This document shows, one piece after another, positions 21,264-30,954 of a stretch of 64,000 nucleotides of DNA (positions within the stretch are counted from its first letter, which is position 1; the number at the start of each line of letters is the position of its first letter). The stretch comes from an uncultured delta proteobacterium (GTDB lineage Bacteria > Desulfobacterota > Binatia > UBA9968). Both the position numbers and the translations under genes were made by a program. The notes below the pieces were generated by a model that saw nothing but the letters and a program-made list of their open reading frames with translations, was not told the origin of the DNA and ran no database searches. The stretch spans positions 168,818 through 232,817 of the forward strand of contig CAVXEP010000001.1 of NCBI GenBank assembly GCA_963760795.1. Direction: 5' to 3'.

Positions 21264-22239
21264 TCAATTACACAGCGCCCGCGCCGCTTCGACGATCCGT
21301 TGCGCCATCGGCGTGACATAGTCTTCCAACGGCACGGCGTAGGGCACCGGTACCGGCGGGATCGACACGCGTTTGATCGGCGCGCGCAGGCTCGTAAAGC
21401 CTTCGTCGGCGATGATCGCGGCCAAGCCGGCGGCGACACCGCAATTGTCATGGCTTTCGTCAGTGATGAGCACGCGGCCGGTCTTTTTCACCGACGCGAG
21501 CAGCGCCGGTTTGTCCAAGCGGCTGTAACGTGCGCGGGTCGATGACTTCAGCGGAGATGCCGTCTTTGACAAGCGTTTCCGCCGCGGCTAAGGCGCGCGG
21601 CACTTGGATCGACGTGGCGATGATGGTTACGTCTCGGCCTGCGCGTTTGATATCGGCTTTGCCCAGCGGAATTTCATAAACGCCGTCTGGCACTGCGCCA
21701 ACGTCGTCGAGCAGCCGGTCATGGCCGAAGAAGATCGTCGGGTCTTCGCTCTTGGTCAACACCGTGCGCATGAGCCCTTTGGCGTCGGCGGCGGTCGACG
21801 GCATGACGATTTGCAGGCCAGGCGTGTTCCAGTACCACGACTGAGGGCTGCCGGAATGCTGCACGCCGCCGCCGCCGCGGATGCCGAACTTCATATAAAA
21901 AACCACCGGCACATTGGTTTGTCCGCCGGAGTTGGAGTAGGCGATGGCCGCTTCGTTGACGATCTGCGGGATCGCCTCGTAGGAAAAGGTCGCGGTGCTG
22001 ATATCGACCACCGGACGCAGACCGGCCATGGCGGCGCCGATGGCGATGCCACAGAAGCCGATCTCGGCGATGGGCGGGAATTTTATTCGCGCCGCATATT
22101 TTTTGCGGAACGCGGCTAACTTTTCGTGGCCGGCTTCGCCGGCGAAGCTCGGGTTAAACAGCACGATACGTTTGTCCTGCTCTGCCACTTCGTCAATGGC
22201 GGCAAGCAGCGCTTCACCGAAAGTCATCTCTTGTGGCAT
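21264..22239 (-). CDS. 2-oxoacid/acetoin dehydrogenase E1 beta subunit, apparent +1 frameshift near 21525
   Basis: PIAEIGFCGIAIGAAMAGLRP, QHS, EVIDPRTL then PLDK...SVKKTGRVLI in the next frame. Confidence 0.88.
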
Positions 22240-22241
22240 GG

Positions 22242-23258
22242 TTAGTTTCCCTTTCCCGCGAAGGCGTAGTTGAGCGCCGCCTTGGCTCCCGGCAGCGGGC
22301 TCTCCAGAGCGAAGCGCGCCGCCGCATCGGTTTCCTGACTGACTTCGGCGTCGAGCTTTTCGAGCTCGCCGCGGCTTATGCCGGAGCCGGCGAGCTCGCG
22401 CACGTAGTTCAAAATCGGATCGTGGTCCTTGTGCCAGTCGCGGACTTTTTCCGGCGCTTTGCTGGCGTCCCAGGCCCAGGCGATATCGGTCGTGCCACCG
22501 ACAAGCTTGGGCATATTGAACGCGTTGCCCGGCCAGAGATGGGTGCGCGCCTCGACGAACAGCGGCCCTTCGCCTTTGCGCACGCGGCCGACGATATCTT
22601 TCGCCGTCTTGTGCACCGTGCCGACATCGATGCCGTCGATGACGGTGGTCTCTACGTTCAAAGCTTTCGGCACGTTGGTGAGCTCCGTCGCCGCATGGCC
22701 TGCGCCGCGGCCGGTGCGGCGATAATTATTTTCCATCCAGAAGATCATTGGTAACTTCCAGAGCTTGGCGATGTTCAACGCTTCGTAAAACACGCCTTCC
22801 TCCATGGCTCCGTCTCCGAAAAAAACCACGGTGATCGCTTTGCTCTCTTTGACCTGCGCGGCGTAAGCGGTGCCGCCAGCCAGCGCGAGACAGCCGCCGA
22901 CAATCGCGGAAGTGTGGATGACGCCGACTTCAGGCGCGGCGACGTGAAATGTCCCGGCGCGCCCTTGGCAGTAGCCGGTGGCGCGGCCGATAATCTCGGC
23001 CAGGACTTTCTTCGGGTCGCCGCCCTTGGCGATGACATGGCCGTGATTGCGATGGGTGGTGAAAACATAATCGTCGGCGTTGAGCCAGTCGCACACCGAT
23101 ACACCGGTGGCTTCCTGGCCGATGTACACATGAAAGTGACCGCGGATCAGACCGGTGTGTTCGTCGTTGAAGCGGATGCAATGTTCTTCGGCACGCCGGA
23201 TCATCAGCATCCGGCGCAGAATGGCCAACTGCTTGTCTCGGGAAATCTCGGGTAGCAT
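22242..23258 (-). CDS. TPP-dependent dehydrogenase E1 alpha subunit
   Basis: HVYIGQEA, THRNHGH, GDGAMEEG...ENN TPP motif. Confidence 0.9.
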   Translation of the reverse strand: MLPEISRDKQLAILRRMLMIRRAEEHCIRFNDEHTGLIRGHFHVYIGQEATGVSVCDWLNADDYVFTTHRNHGHVIAKGGDPKKVLAEIIGRATGYCQGRAGTFHVAAPEVGVIHTSAIVGGCLALAGGTAYAAQVKESKAITVVFFGDGAMEEGVFYEALNIAKLWKLPMIFWMENNYRRTGRGAGHAATELTNVPKALNVETTVIDGIDVGTVHKTAKDIVGRVRKGEGPLFVEARTHLWPGNAFNMPKLVGGTTDIAWAWDASKAPEKVRDWHKDHDPILNYVRELAGSGISRGELEKLDAEVSQETDAAARFALESPLPGAKAALNYAFAGKGN

Positions 23259-23421
23259 GGGTTCCTCCCTAGTTGGTTACGTTTGGTGCATACTTACTGC
23301 CGGTGTTGAAGAATTGCAAAGTGAAAAAAGGAGAATGGAGCATTGATAATTGAGAACGGTGGGAGCAGGGCAATAGGAAAAATGCCAACGGCAAAAATTA
23401 AGCAGGACCTTTTGTCTACCA

Positions 23422-24447
23422 CTAGGCGGTTAAGTTTAGTTCTCGTCTTACGATCTCTGCCCCTTGGACTAACGTGCGCAGTTTGGCGAAGGCTACTTGA
23501 CGTGGTAAATGCCACATGCCGCAGTCGGGGGCGAGATTGAGGCGTTGCGGTGGGACGAATTCCAGGGTGGCGCGGGTGCATTGGGCGATCGTTTGCGGCT
23601 CTTCGATATTTTCCGTGGCGAGGTCGAGGACGCCGAGGATTACGCCTTTGTCGCCGCAATGTTTGAGTAACTCCGGCTTATGCTTGGGCTGGGCGTATTC
23701 GATTGAGATCCATCGCACTTGCGGGCACGCCGTCAAGGTTTCAAGGGCGTTGGCGTAGGCGGGATCGGCTTGCTTATTGGGAAAGCGGTAAGCGTAGCCA
23801 TAGCAGACATGGACGGCCACCGGTGTTGTGATGCCTTCCAACGCGCGCTCTAGAGCTTCGCCGGCGTAGCGCATTAAAGGACCGGGGTTGGTGTATATCA
23901 CCGGCTCGTCGAGTTGTAGTAGATCGCAGCCTTCGGCTTGGAGCGCGCGCAGCTCGGCGTTGATCGCGCCGGCACAGGCGAGCAGCAGCGCTTTGTCGTC
24001 GCGATAGTATTCGTCGGCTAGCCGCCGCGCCGCGGTAAGCGGGCCGACCACGGTCATTTTTACCGGCCGATCGCTGGCGGCTTTCAAGAAGCGCAGATCG
24101 TCGAGGACGCGCGGTTGCGATAATTCGATGGGGCCGATTACGCGGGGATATTCCGTCATCACGCCGCGCCGTTGGTTGGTGACCCTGACCATGTTCAACG
24201 CATCGACGCCTTGCCAACCGATGGCGAAGTGACGCGCGAAGTTGAGCCGGCGCCCCTCGCCGTCGGACACGAGATCGAGTCCGGCGCGCTCCTGGTCGTA
24301 GATCGCCAAGCGCACCGCATCGTCCTGGGCATCGGCGAGCACTTCAGAGTCGGCGCGCCAGCTTTCGCCATGCTTTCGCAGGAGCCAAGACGGTTTCGTG
24401 TAACTTCCGACCAGTTGGGTAGCGAGCGCTTGAGGCCAGTGGCTCAT
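23422..24447 (-). CDS. Cobalamin-independent methionine synthase II family (MetE C-terminal-domain-like) protein
   Basis: VGSY, GLDLVSDGE, QLDEP, Zn ligands HVC / E / PDCG. Confidence 0.88.
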   Translation of the reverse strand: MSHWPQALATQLVGSYTKPSWLLRKHGESWRADSEVLADAQDDAVRLAIYDQERAGLDLVSDGEGRRLNFARHFAIGWQGVDALNMVRVTNQRRGVMTEYPRVIGPIELSQPRVLDDLRFLKAASDRPVKMTVVGPLTAARRLADEYYRDDKALLLACAGAINAELRALQAEGCDLLQLDEPVIYTNPGPLMRYAGEALERALEGITTPVAVHVCYGYAYRFPNKQADPAYANALETLTACPQVRWISIEYAQPKHKPELLKHCGDKGVILGVLDLATENIEEPQTIAQCTRATLEFVPPQRLNLAPDCGMWHLPRQVAFAKLRTLVQGAEIVRRELNLTA

Positions 24448-24698
24448 GGCGGAGTCCTCCTGATAGTGTGACGCGAACCGATTCATAGCGCGGAACTGAC
24501 GGCGATTGAAAGAGCGGCGGAGCGGAAACCAAAGAGGAGAAGACATTTCACCAGAGAGGATACAGAGATCGCAGAGTGGAGGATTCGGAGTGAGATTGAA
24601 TTTTCTCGCGGAACCGCCGGCTCGGCTTTACTTGAACTGTCTATAGCTTTCCTTTAGCGTTTACGGAATTTCTGCAAGAAAGTTGAGTCGTGATATCG

Positions 24699-25037
24699 AT
24701 GAATTGTCCAAAATGCCAACCCGCCACGCTGGCGGAGTTTAAGATCGAAGGGGTCTCGGTGGACCGCTGTTCCACTTGCGGCGGTATATGGTTCGACGCT
24801 CAGGAGCTGAGCCGGCTGCTCGCCGAAGATGCGCGCCAAGTGGCGGAGTTGCGCCGGGGCGGTAACGGCGCTCGATTGGATGATAAACGGGGCCGCTGTC
24901 CGCGCGACTCGGCGGAGCTGCTGCGGATGTACAGCGCCATCGACCGGAGCGTGACCTTGGACGCCTGTGCCGATTGTCATGGCATCTGGCTCGATGCCGG
25001 CGAATTCGCCAAGCTGTTCGCCGCGCGGCGGCCGTGA
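24699..25037 (+). CDS. zf-TFIIB domain protein (two zinc ribbons)
   Basis: CPKC...DRCSTCGGIWFD and CPRD...DACADCHGIWLDAGE. Confidence 0.85.
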   Translation: MNCPKCQPATLAEFKIEGVSVDRCSTCGGIWFDAQELSRLLAEDARQVAELRRGGNGARLDDKRGRCPRDSAELLRMYSAIDRSVTLDACADCHGIWLDAGEFAKLFAARRP

Positions 25038-25213
25038 GAATTCAATTGTGAGTCGGCGTGGCGCCATGTTAGAAGCCGAAAGACTATTCCGGTGAGGAGA
25101 CTAAGCAAATGGTAAAGCGCGAAGTTGGGTTGGCGCCGCAGGTTGGACCCTGTGACGGCAAAGGCGATGCGCGGCGCGGATGGCAAATTACAGATTCCAG
25201 AATGGGCCATGGG

Positions 25214-26209
25214 ATGATCGCTAAAACCTTTGCTTTCGTTAGATCGCGCGCCAGAGCGTCGCGGCTTTGGCTGTTCGTTCTGTTAGCGCTAACGCCGTCG
25301 ACGACCATGGCGGCGCAGGCGGCGCGCGACTTGAAGGAGGTCAAAGTCGCTTATCCGCCGTCGATGGCGTCGGTTACTTTGATGACCGGGATCAAGCAGC
25401 GATTTTTCGACGAGCAAGGGCTACGGCCGGTTCTGCTCGTCATCTCCAGCGATCTCGCGTTAAAGAGCCAGGTAGTCGGGGAGATCGACTACACGCTGTT
25501 TGGCGGCGGCTCCGGCATGCTGGCGGCCGCCCAGGGATTGCCGATCAAGAATGTTCATCTGCCGCATAAGTTTGCCGACCTGACCCTAGTGGCGCGGCCG
25601 GAATTCAAGTCCGTCGCCCAGCTGCGCGGCAAGAAGATCGGCGTCAGCAGCTTCTCCGGCAGCGTTTATTCCTCCACTCGTGCCATGCTATCGGCGGGCG
25701 GTCTCGACCCCGACAAGGATGTGGTGATCATTCCAATGGGCCGGGAGCCGATCCGGCTGCAAGCGCTGTTTGCCGGCAGTATCGACGCGACGCCGCTGCC
25801 CGTGCCGCTGCACGCCATCGCGGAAGAGAAAGGCTACAGCCTGCTCGCCGACATCGAAGGTAAATTCGAAGTGCCGTTCAGCGGCATCACCGTGACGGAT
25901 AAGAAACTCAGGGAGAATGCCGATGAGGTGAAGCGATTTATTCGCGCGATGGTCAAGGCCGGCAGTTTTTTCCTGAGCCATCGCAGCGAGTCGGTGGCAC
26001 TCTACATGGACTGGTTGAAACTTTCGAAATCGATCGCTGAGAACGCTTACACGCGATCGATCAAGACCGTCAGCCCGGATGGCTTGGGCAAGGATAGCGC
26101 GATCAAGAATCAACTCGGGCTGATCAAGCAGACCACGGGGAAAGACGTGAAGCCGGAGGATGTCATCGATTTTACCCTGTTGCGGCAAGTGTTGGCGGAA
26201 GTGAAATGA
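25214..26209 (+). CDS. NitT/TauT family ABC substrate-binding protein
   Basis: FFDEQGL, QLRGKKIGVS, GLDPDKDV, DFTLLRQV; start uncertain. Confidence 0.85.
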   Translation: MIAKTFAFVRSRARASRLWLFVLLALTPSTTMAAQAARDLKEVKVAYPPSMASVTLMTGIKQRFFDEQGLRPVLLVISSDLALKSQVVGEIDYTLFGGGSGMLAAAQGLPIKNVHLPHKFADLTLVARPEFKSVAQLRGKKIGVSSFSGSVYSSTRAMLSAGGLDPDKDVVIIPMGREPIRLQALFAGSIDATPLPVPLHAIAEEKGYSLLADIEGKFEVPFSGITVTDKKLRENADEVKRFIRAMVKAGSFFLSHRSESVALYMDWLKLSKSIAENAYTRSIKTVSPDGLGKDSAIKNQLGLIKQTTGKDVKPEDVIDFTLLRQVLAEVK

Positions 26210-27321
26210 CGAAGCCGCAACCAAAAAGAAGAATGGCCGCAAAGAACGCAAAGGGCGCAAAAGAATCGGAGTCGATGACTGCGGACAACGAAAGAGCTTT
26301 GCGCACGAAAAAACTCCGGCTGCATAGCCGCGCGGTCATCTTACTCGCTGTGATTCTGTTCGCCTGGGCCGGCGTCGCTGCCGCGCAGACCGTCGTATTA
26401 AAACCGGAAAAAAACCGCCTGGAAGTCGCGATGGCGGGTACCGGTTCAACGAGCTTGCCCTTGTTGGTGACTTTGGAAAGCGGCTATTTCAGCAAGCGCG
26501 GTCTCACCGTCAATCTCAATCAAGTCAGCGCCAGTGTGTCGGTGCAGGGCGTGATCTCCGGCACCATCGACATTTACCAAGGCGGCGCGGCGGCGATCGC
26601 CGGCAATCTCGCCGGCGCGGATATCATTTACGTCGCCGCCGCCGTCGACAAAAGCTCGCTCAATCTGTTCGGTCAGAAGGGCATCACGACGTTTGAAGCG
26701 CTGCGTGGCAAGGCGATCTCGACCACGTCGCCGGGCGCATTCGGCGAAATCGCCGTCCGTGGCACGGCTCGCCGTATGGGTTTGGAGATGGGCAAGGATA
26801 TTAAGCTGCTCTACCATCGCACGCCGGCGGAAGCGCTCTCGACATTTCTCCTCGGCAACGCCGAAGGGCTGGTGATCACGCCGCCGCAGACCGATATGGC
26901 CAAGCAAAAGGGCTATCCAATGATCATCGATTATTTCAAAGAGGGCTTCAAAATCATCGGACCGGGAACTTCGCTGACGCGCGAGTTCGCGCAGAAATAT
27001 CCTAATACAATCAAGGCCTATTTGATGGCTTATCTCGACGGCCTGCGGCGGACCATCGACGACGAGGAGTACGCCAAGAAGATCTGCGCGAAATATACCA
27101 AGTTGACCGATGTAAATATTTTGACTGAAACCTATCAGCAGGGGTTACGCGTGTGGAACCGCGATATGACCGTCGACCCGGCGGCGATCCGTAACGTGCT
27201 CGACGACTCGTCCGATGGCAAAGCCAAGAACGCCGACCCGAAACGGTTTTACGACAACTCGCTGATTCAACAGGTCAACCGCGATCATGCCGCGAAGCTG
27301 TTTCCCGGGGAAATTCGCTAG
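26206..27321 (+). CDS. NitT/TauT family ABC substrate-binding protein
   Basis: GYFSKRGL, LRGKAI, ADPKRFYDNS; ATGA overlap with the previous gene. Confidence 0.85.
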   Translation: MTKPQPKRRMAAKNAKGAKESESMTADNERALRTKKLRLHSRAVILLAVILFAWAGVAAAQTVVLKPEKNRLEVAMAGTGSTSLPLLVTLESGYFSKRGLTVNLNQVSASVSVQGVISGTIDIYQGGAAAIAGNLAGADIIYVAAAVDKSSLNLFGQKGITTFEALRGKAISTTSPGAFGEIAVRGTARRMGLEMGKDIKLLYHRTPAEALSTFLLGNAEGLVITPPQTDMAKQKGYPMIIDYFKEGFKIIGPGTSLTREFAQKYPNTIKAYLMAYLDGLRRTIDDEEYAKKICAKYTKLTDVNILTETYQQGLRVWNRDMTVDPAAIRNVLDDSSDGKAKNADPKRFYDNSLIQQVNRDHAAKLFPGEIR

Positions 27322-27379
27322 AAGAAGTAAGGGTGAGGGGTAAGGAGTAGAAGTCAGGAGTCAGGAGGTTGAGCGGTTT

Positions 27380-28387
27380 ATGGTTATGAGATTTTCACTT
27401 CGGGGAATTGTCTGGGGGTCGGCGCTGCTGGCCTTTTTCATTGCCAATGCCGGTGCGCAGACGGGCAAGCCGGAAAAGAAGAGTCTCGATATCGCCGTGG
27501 CGGCGTTCGCCCATACGACGATGCCGCTTTTGATCGCCCATGAGGCGGGCTATTTCGCGAAATACGGGCTCAGTGTGAACATCAGCGCGGTCAGCGCAGC
27601 TGTCGCAGTGCAGGGGTTGATCTCCAGCAAGATCGATATTTACCAGGGCGGGTCGGCGGCGATGATGGCGACGCTCGCCGGTGCGGATATTATTTATGTC
27701 GCCGCCGGCGTCGATAAGAGTTCGCTCATGCTGTTCGGCCAGAAAGGCGTCACCAGCTTCGATGCCTTGCGCGGCAAGACGGTGGCGACGACCTCGCCCG
27801 GCGCTTTCGGCGAGATCGCCATGCGCGGGACGGCACGGAAGTACGGTATGGAGATTCCCAAGGACATCAAGTTGATGTTTCACGGTACGCCCGCGCAGGC
27901 GTATTCGACGTTTACGATGGGCAACTCTGACGCCATGATCAACACGCCGCCGCAATCCGACATTGCCAAGCAAAAGGGCTATCCGGTGATCGTCGATTTC
28001 TACAAGGAAGGATTGAAAATCATCGGCCCTGGCACCGCGGTGACGCGCGAGTTCGCGCAAAAAAATCCCAACACCATCAGAGCATTTTTGATGGGACTGT
28101 TGGACGGCGTTAAACGCGCCATCGACGACGAAGAGTATGCCAGCAAGCTCGAATCAAAATACTCCAAAGTCACCGACGCCAAAATCCTCGCTGATAATTA
28201 CCAACAAGGATTGCGTGTCTGGAACAAGGATCTGACCGTCGATCCGGCGGCGATCCGGGTCGTGCTCGACGATGCGCCGGATGGCCGAGGCAAGGGCGCC
28301 GATCCGAAACGCTTCTACGACAATTCGTTTATTCAGGCGGTGAACCGCGACTATGCGTCGAAGCTGTTTCCAGGGGAAGTTAAATAA
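27380..28387 (+). CDS. NitT/TauT family ABC substrate-binding protein (tandem paralog of the upstream gene)
   Basis: Shares long blocks with 26206..27321 (IDIYQGG, TTSPGAFGEIA, QQGLRVWN, DPKRFYDNS). Confidence 0.88.
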   Translation: MVMRFSLRGIVWGSALLAFFIANAGAQTGKPEKKSLDIAVAAFAHTTMPLLIAHEAGYFAKYGLSVNISAVSAAVAVQGLISSKIDIYQGGSAAMMATLAGADIIYVAAGVDKSSLMLFGQKGVTSFDALRGKTVATTSPGAFGEIAMRGTARKYGMEIPKDIKLMFHGTPAQAYSTFTMGNSDAMINTPPQSDIAKQKGYPVIVDFYKEGLKIIGPGTAVTREFAQKNPNTIRAFLMGLLDGVKRAIDDEEYASKLESKYSKVTDAKILADNYQQGLRVWNKDLTVDPAAIRVVLDDAPDGRGKGADPKRFYDNSFIQAVNRDYASKLFPGEVK

Positions 28388-28547
28388 GCGGCAAGGTCGG
28401 TGGTAATACTGGCAATCGTTGTCGCTAAATGCACTCGAAAAGGCAAAATCCCGCCACCAGCGTTGGAACAATGGACCGTTGATCGCTTAATATTTGCCAT
28501 GAGAGAAACGGTCACAGAGCCGGCTCTGTGAAGATGGAACGAGCGCG

Positions 28548-28919
28548 ATGACTCTTGAGAAGGCGGTAATATCGTATTCAGTGGTTCTTATTGTGCTGCT
28601 GGCACTAATGGTCTGGATGCTATTGCGGCACTGGGCGGTGAAGCGGCGCAAAGCCCAGGCGGCCAACCCAGGCGCCGGCGCGGTCGAGCAAACGGGATCG
28701 CGACCTATAGATTGGAGCGGCACGATAAGTAAATTGCGGCCGGACAATGTTCTCACCGGTGAGATGTGGGTGAAGGCGAGCATCGCAGCTTTCATTGCGC
28801 TTTGCGCCGGCACCATCGTTGTTGTGTTCGTTTTTCCGCTCGGCGCGGCGGCGGCGGCGATTGCCTCCTTTGCCGCGGTGGCCGTAATCGTCGGTCTATT
28901 TCTAATCCTGCTGGACTAA
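28548..28919 (+). CDS. Hypothetical membrane protein
   Basis: Three hydrophobic segments; fills the gap between flanking genes. Confidence 0.6.
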   Translation: MTLEKAVISYSVVLIVLLALMVWMLLRHWAVKRRKAQAANPGAGAVEQTGSRPIDWSGTISKLRPDNVLTGEMWVKASIAAFIALCAGTIVVVFVFPLGAAAAAIASFAAVAVIVGLFLILLD

Positions 28920-28938
28920 ACGTTATTTTAGCCGCCGA

Positions 28939-30114
28939 TTAATTTCGGGTTGGCAAGTAAGCTACCGAATCGATTTCCACGGAGCAGCGCGGCGATAGCT
29001 CGTCGACGACCACGGTTAAGCCAGCGGGCATGGTGCGCGAGCGGCTGTGGGCGGCGAAGAAGCTTTGATAGGCTTCGGCGAATTCAACGCGATTAGATCC
29101 TTCAACTAAATACACAGTGGTCTTGACGATATCGTTGAGAGTGCCGCCGGCGGCTTCGACGATGTCTTTGCTGTGGCGCAGTGTCGCTTCGGTTTGGCCG
29201 GCGAGGCTGCCTTCACATTCCACCACCCGGTCGAACGTTACGGCATCTTGGCCCGCGAGCAGTAGCCAATCGCCAACCCGCACCGATTGCGAGAAAGAAC
29301 CGGGCGCTAAGCGCACCTGGGGACTGGTGACTATCTTCTGCTCACCGCGGTAGGCGATGGCCATGGAGCGCAACAGGATGTTTTCGCCGAGGCTGCGGAT
29401 GTAGATGCCGGAGTTGGGCGGGTAAGCATCGTCGGTGAATACGCCTTGGTAAACTTTCTTGCGCGCCTCGCCGTAGCCGGGACGGTGCTCGGTGCCGGGC
29501 ATGAACATGAAGGTGCGGCAGAGATTGCCGAGGCCGAGTTTGTGTCTGGCGAGAATCTTGCTGATGCGCGTGAGGACTTCGGTGGTTTGGCTTTGAATTG
29601 ACGACGGCGCGGCGATACGTCCGTCGCCATTTGCGGCGTCGGTACCAGAGAGAAAAACCCAATCGTCGACGCGCACGCCGTGACAACCGGCGCCGATGGA
29701 CAGCGGCAGATCGGCGATGTGAAATGTTTCGCGATCTTCGCTGCTGGTGGCGATGGCATCCATACGCACTAGGCAGCCGCCGTCGAGGCCATTGACGCCG
29801 ACGAAATTTACAGCTGGCGCATCGTTGCCGAAGCGATCTCGCAGCGTCTTGGCCACGGCGGCAGCATCGTGGTAGTCGGAAAGATATACCGCGAGACTTA
29901 TCAGGTCAGCCGATGATTGGCCGCAGGCGCGCAGCCCCATGTCGAGATTGACAAGACATTGGCGTGCTTGTTGTTCAGCGGACAGCGCGGCTCCGACGGT
30001 GCCATCCGGGCCGCGCGCATCTTGGGCGAGGAATGTGAATTCACCTGCCTGGACGCCTTGGCTAAATAGATTGGTTTCGGAGAAAAGGGTTTTCTGCTCT
30101 ATGGTTTGTGGCAT
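28939..30114 (-). CDS. Rid (YjgF/YER057c/UK114) family protein with three tandem domains
   Basis: Three repeats starting FSQGVQAG..FLAQD, CHGVRVD..FLSGTD and FSQSVRVG..LAGQD; IVKTTVYL; VEIDSVA. Confidence 0.85.
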   Translation of the reverse strand: MPQTIEQKTLFSETNLFSQGVQAGEFTFLAQDARGPDGTVGAALSAEQQARQCLVNLDMGLRACGQSSADLISLAVYLSDYHDAAAVAKTLRDRFGNDAPAVNFVGVNGLDGGCLVRMDAIATSSEDRETFHIADLPLSIGAGCHGVRVDDWVFLSGTDAANGDGRIAAPSSIQSQTTEVLTRISKILARHKLGLGNLCRTFMFMPGTEHRPGYGEARKKVYQGVFTDDAYPPNSGIYIRSLGENILLRSMAIAYRGEQKIVTSPQVRLAPGSFSQSVRVGDWLLLAGQDAVTFDRVVECEGSLAGQTEATLRHSKDIVEAAGGTLNDIVKTTVYLVEGSNRVEFAEAYQSFFAAHSRSRTMPAGLTVVVDELSPRCSVEIDSVAYLPTRN

Positions 30115-30180
30115 GGGTTTTTGTCACCTGCCGACGGCAACCACGGGGACTGACTTACGAAATCGACGCGGTGGAACCTA

Positions 30181-30843
30181 TCAATGGCCGTGGTTTTCCC
30201 ACACGGACATGCCGGCCCGGCAGCACAGGGCGTCTTGTTCGGGACGGTTGGCGCCGGCGATGCCGATGGCGCCGACGATGGTGACGCCGTTGACGATCGG
30301 CAGGGCGCCGGCTACCGGTAAGATCTTGCCGCGATGCGAAATCATTAGGCTGCGCAGCCAGGGCTGGCGCGCTTGCGGCACCAATTCAGTAGTTGAGACG
30401 TGAAACGCGGCGGCGGTGTAGGCCTTGTTGAACGCCAGCTCGGCGCTTCTCGCTTCGGCCTTGTCCATCTTGCCGACCGCTATGGGTGCGCCGGCCTCAT
30501 CGACCACCACGGCGGTGATCGCGCTGCCGACCAGGCTGGCGTACTCTTGGGCGGACTCGATCATCGCCCAAGCGGTAGCGAAGGGCACCGGGCCGATGGC
30601 CGCTTTGTTCTGGCGGAAGAATGCCGCGTTAACTTCGATGGCGTAGGCGTATTGGGCGGGAATATCCACGTCTTTGAATATCGCGTCCACTGGGCAGACG
30701 ATCTCGCACTGCTCGCAGTCGATGCAGACTTCAGGGTCGACGTAGAATTGCGGCGCACCCGGTTTGGTGTGGATGCAAGCCACCGGACAAACTTCGACGC
30801 AGGCGCCGTCGTTGGTACAAAGTTCGGTGATGATGTAGGGCAC
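30181..30843 (-). CDS. Dicluster ferredoxin fused to a GlcG/HbpS (haem-binding) domain
   Basis: N-terminal CTNDGACVEVCP and CIDCEQCEIVCP; C-terminal AVVVDEAG, MD, AFNKAYTAA, GAIGIAG..EQD. Confidence 0.85.
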   Translation of the reverse strand: MPYIITELCTNDGACVEVCPVACIHTKPGAPQFYVDPEVCIDCEQCEIVCPVDAIFKDVDIPAQYAYAIEVNAAFFRQNKAAIGPVPFATAWAMIESAQEYASLVGSAITAVVVDEAGAPIAVGKMDKAEARSAELAFNKAYTAAAFHVSTTELVPQARQPWLRSLMISHRGKILPVAGALPIVNGVTIVGAIGIAGANRPEQDALCCRAGMSVWENHGH

Positions 30844-30863
30844 TGGGGTCCTCGCTTCGCTCG

Positions 30864-30944
30864 AAATATCAAATTACAGATTCCAAATTACATATTCCAG
30901 AGTTCAAATCGGCAATTTGAAATCTGAAATTTGTAATTTGTAAT
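30864..30944. repeat. AT-rich heptamer repeats arranged as an imperfect inverted repeat
   Basis: aaatatc aaattac agattcc aaattac atattcc ... aatttg aaatctg aaatttg taatttg taat in a GC-rich background. Confidence 0.7.
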
Positions 30945-30954
30945 CGCCGCAGCG

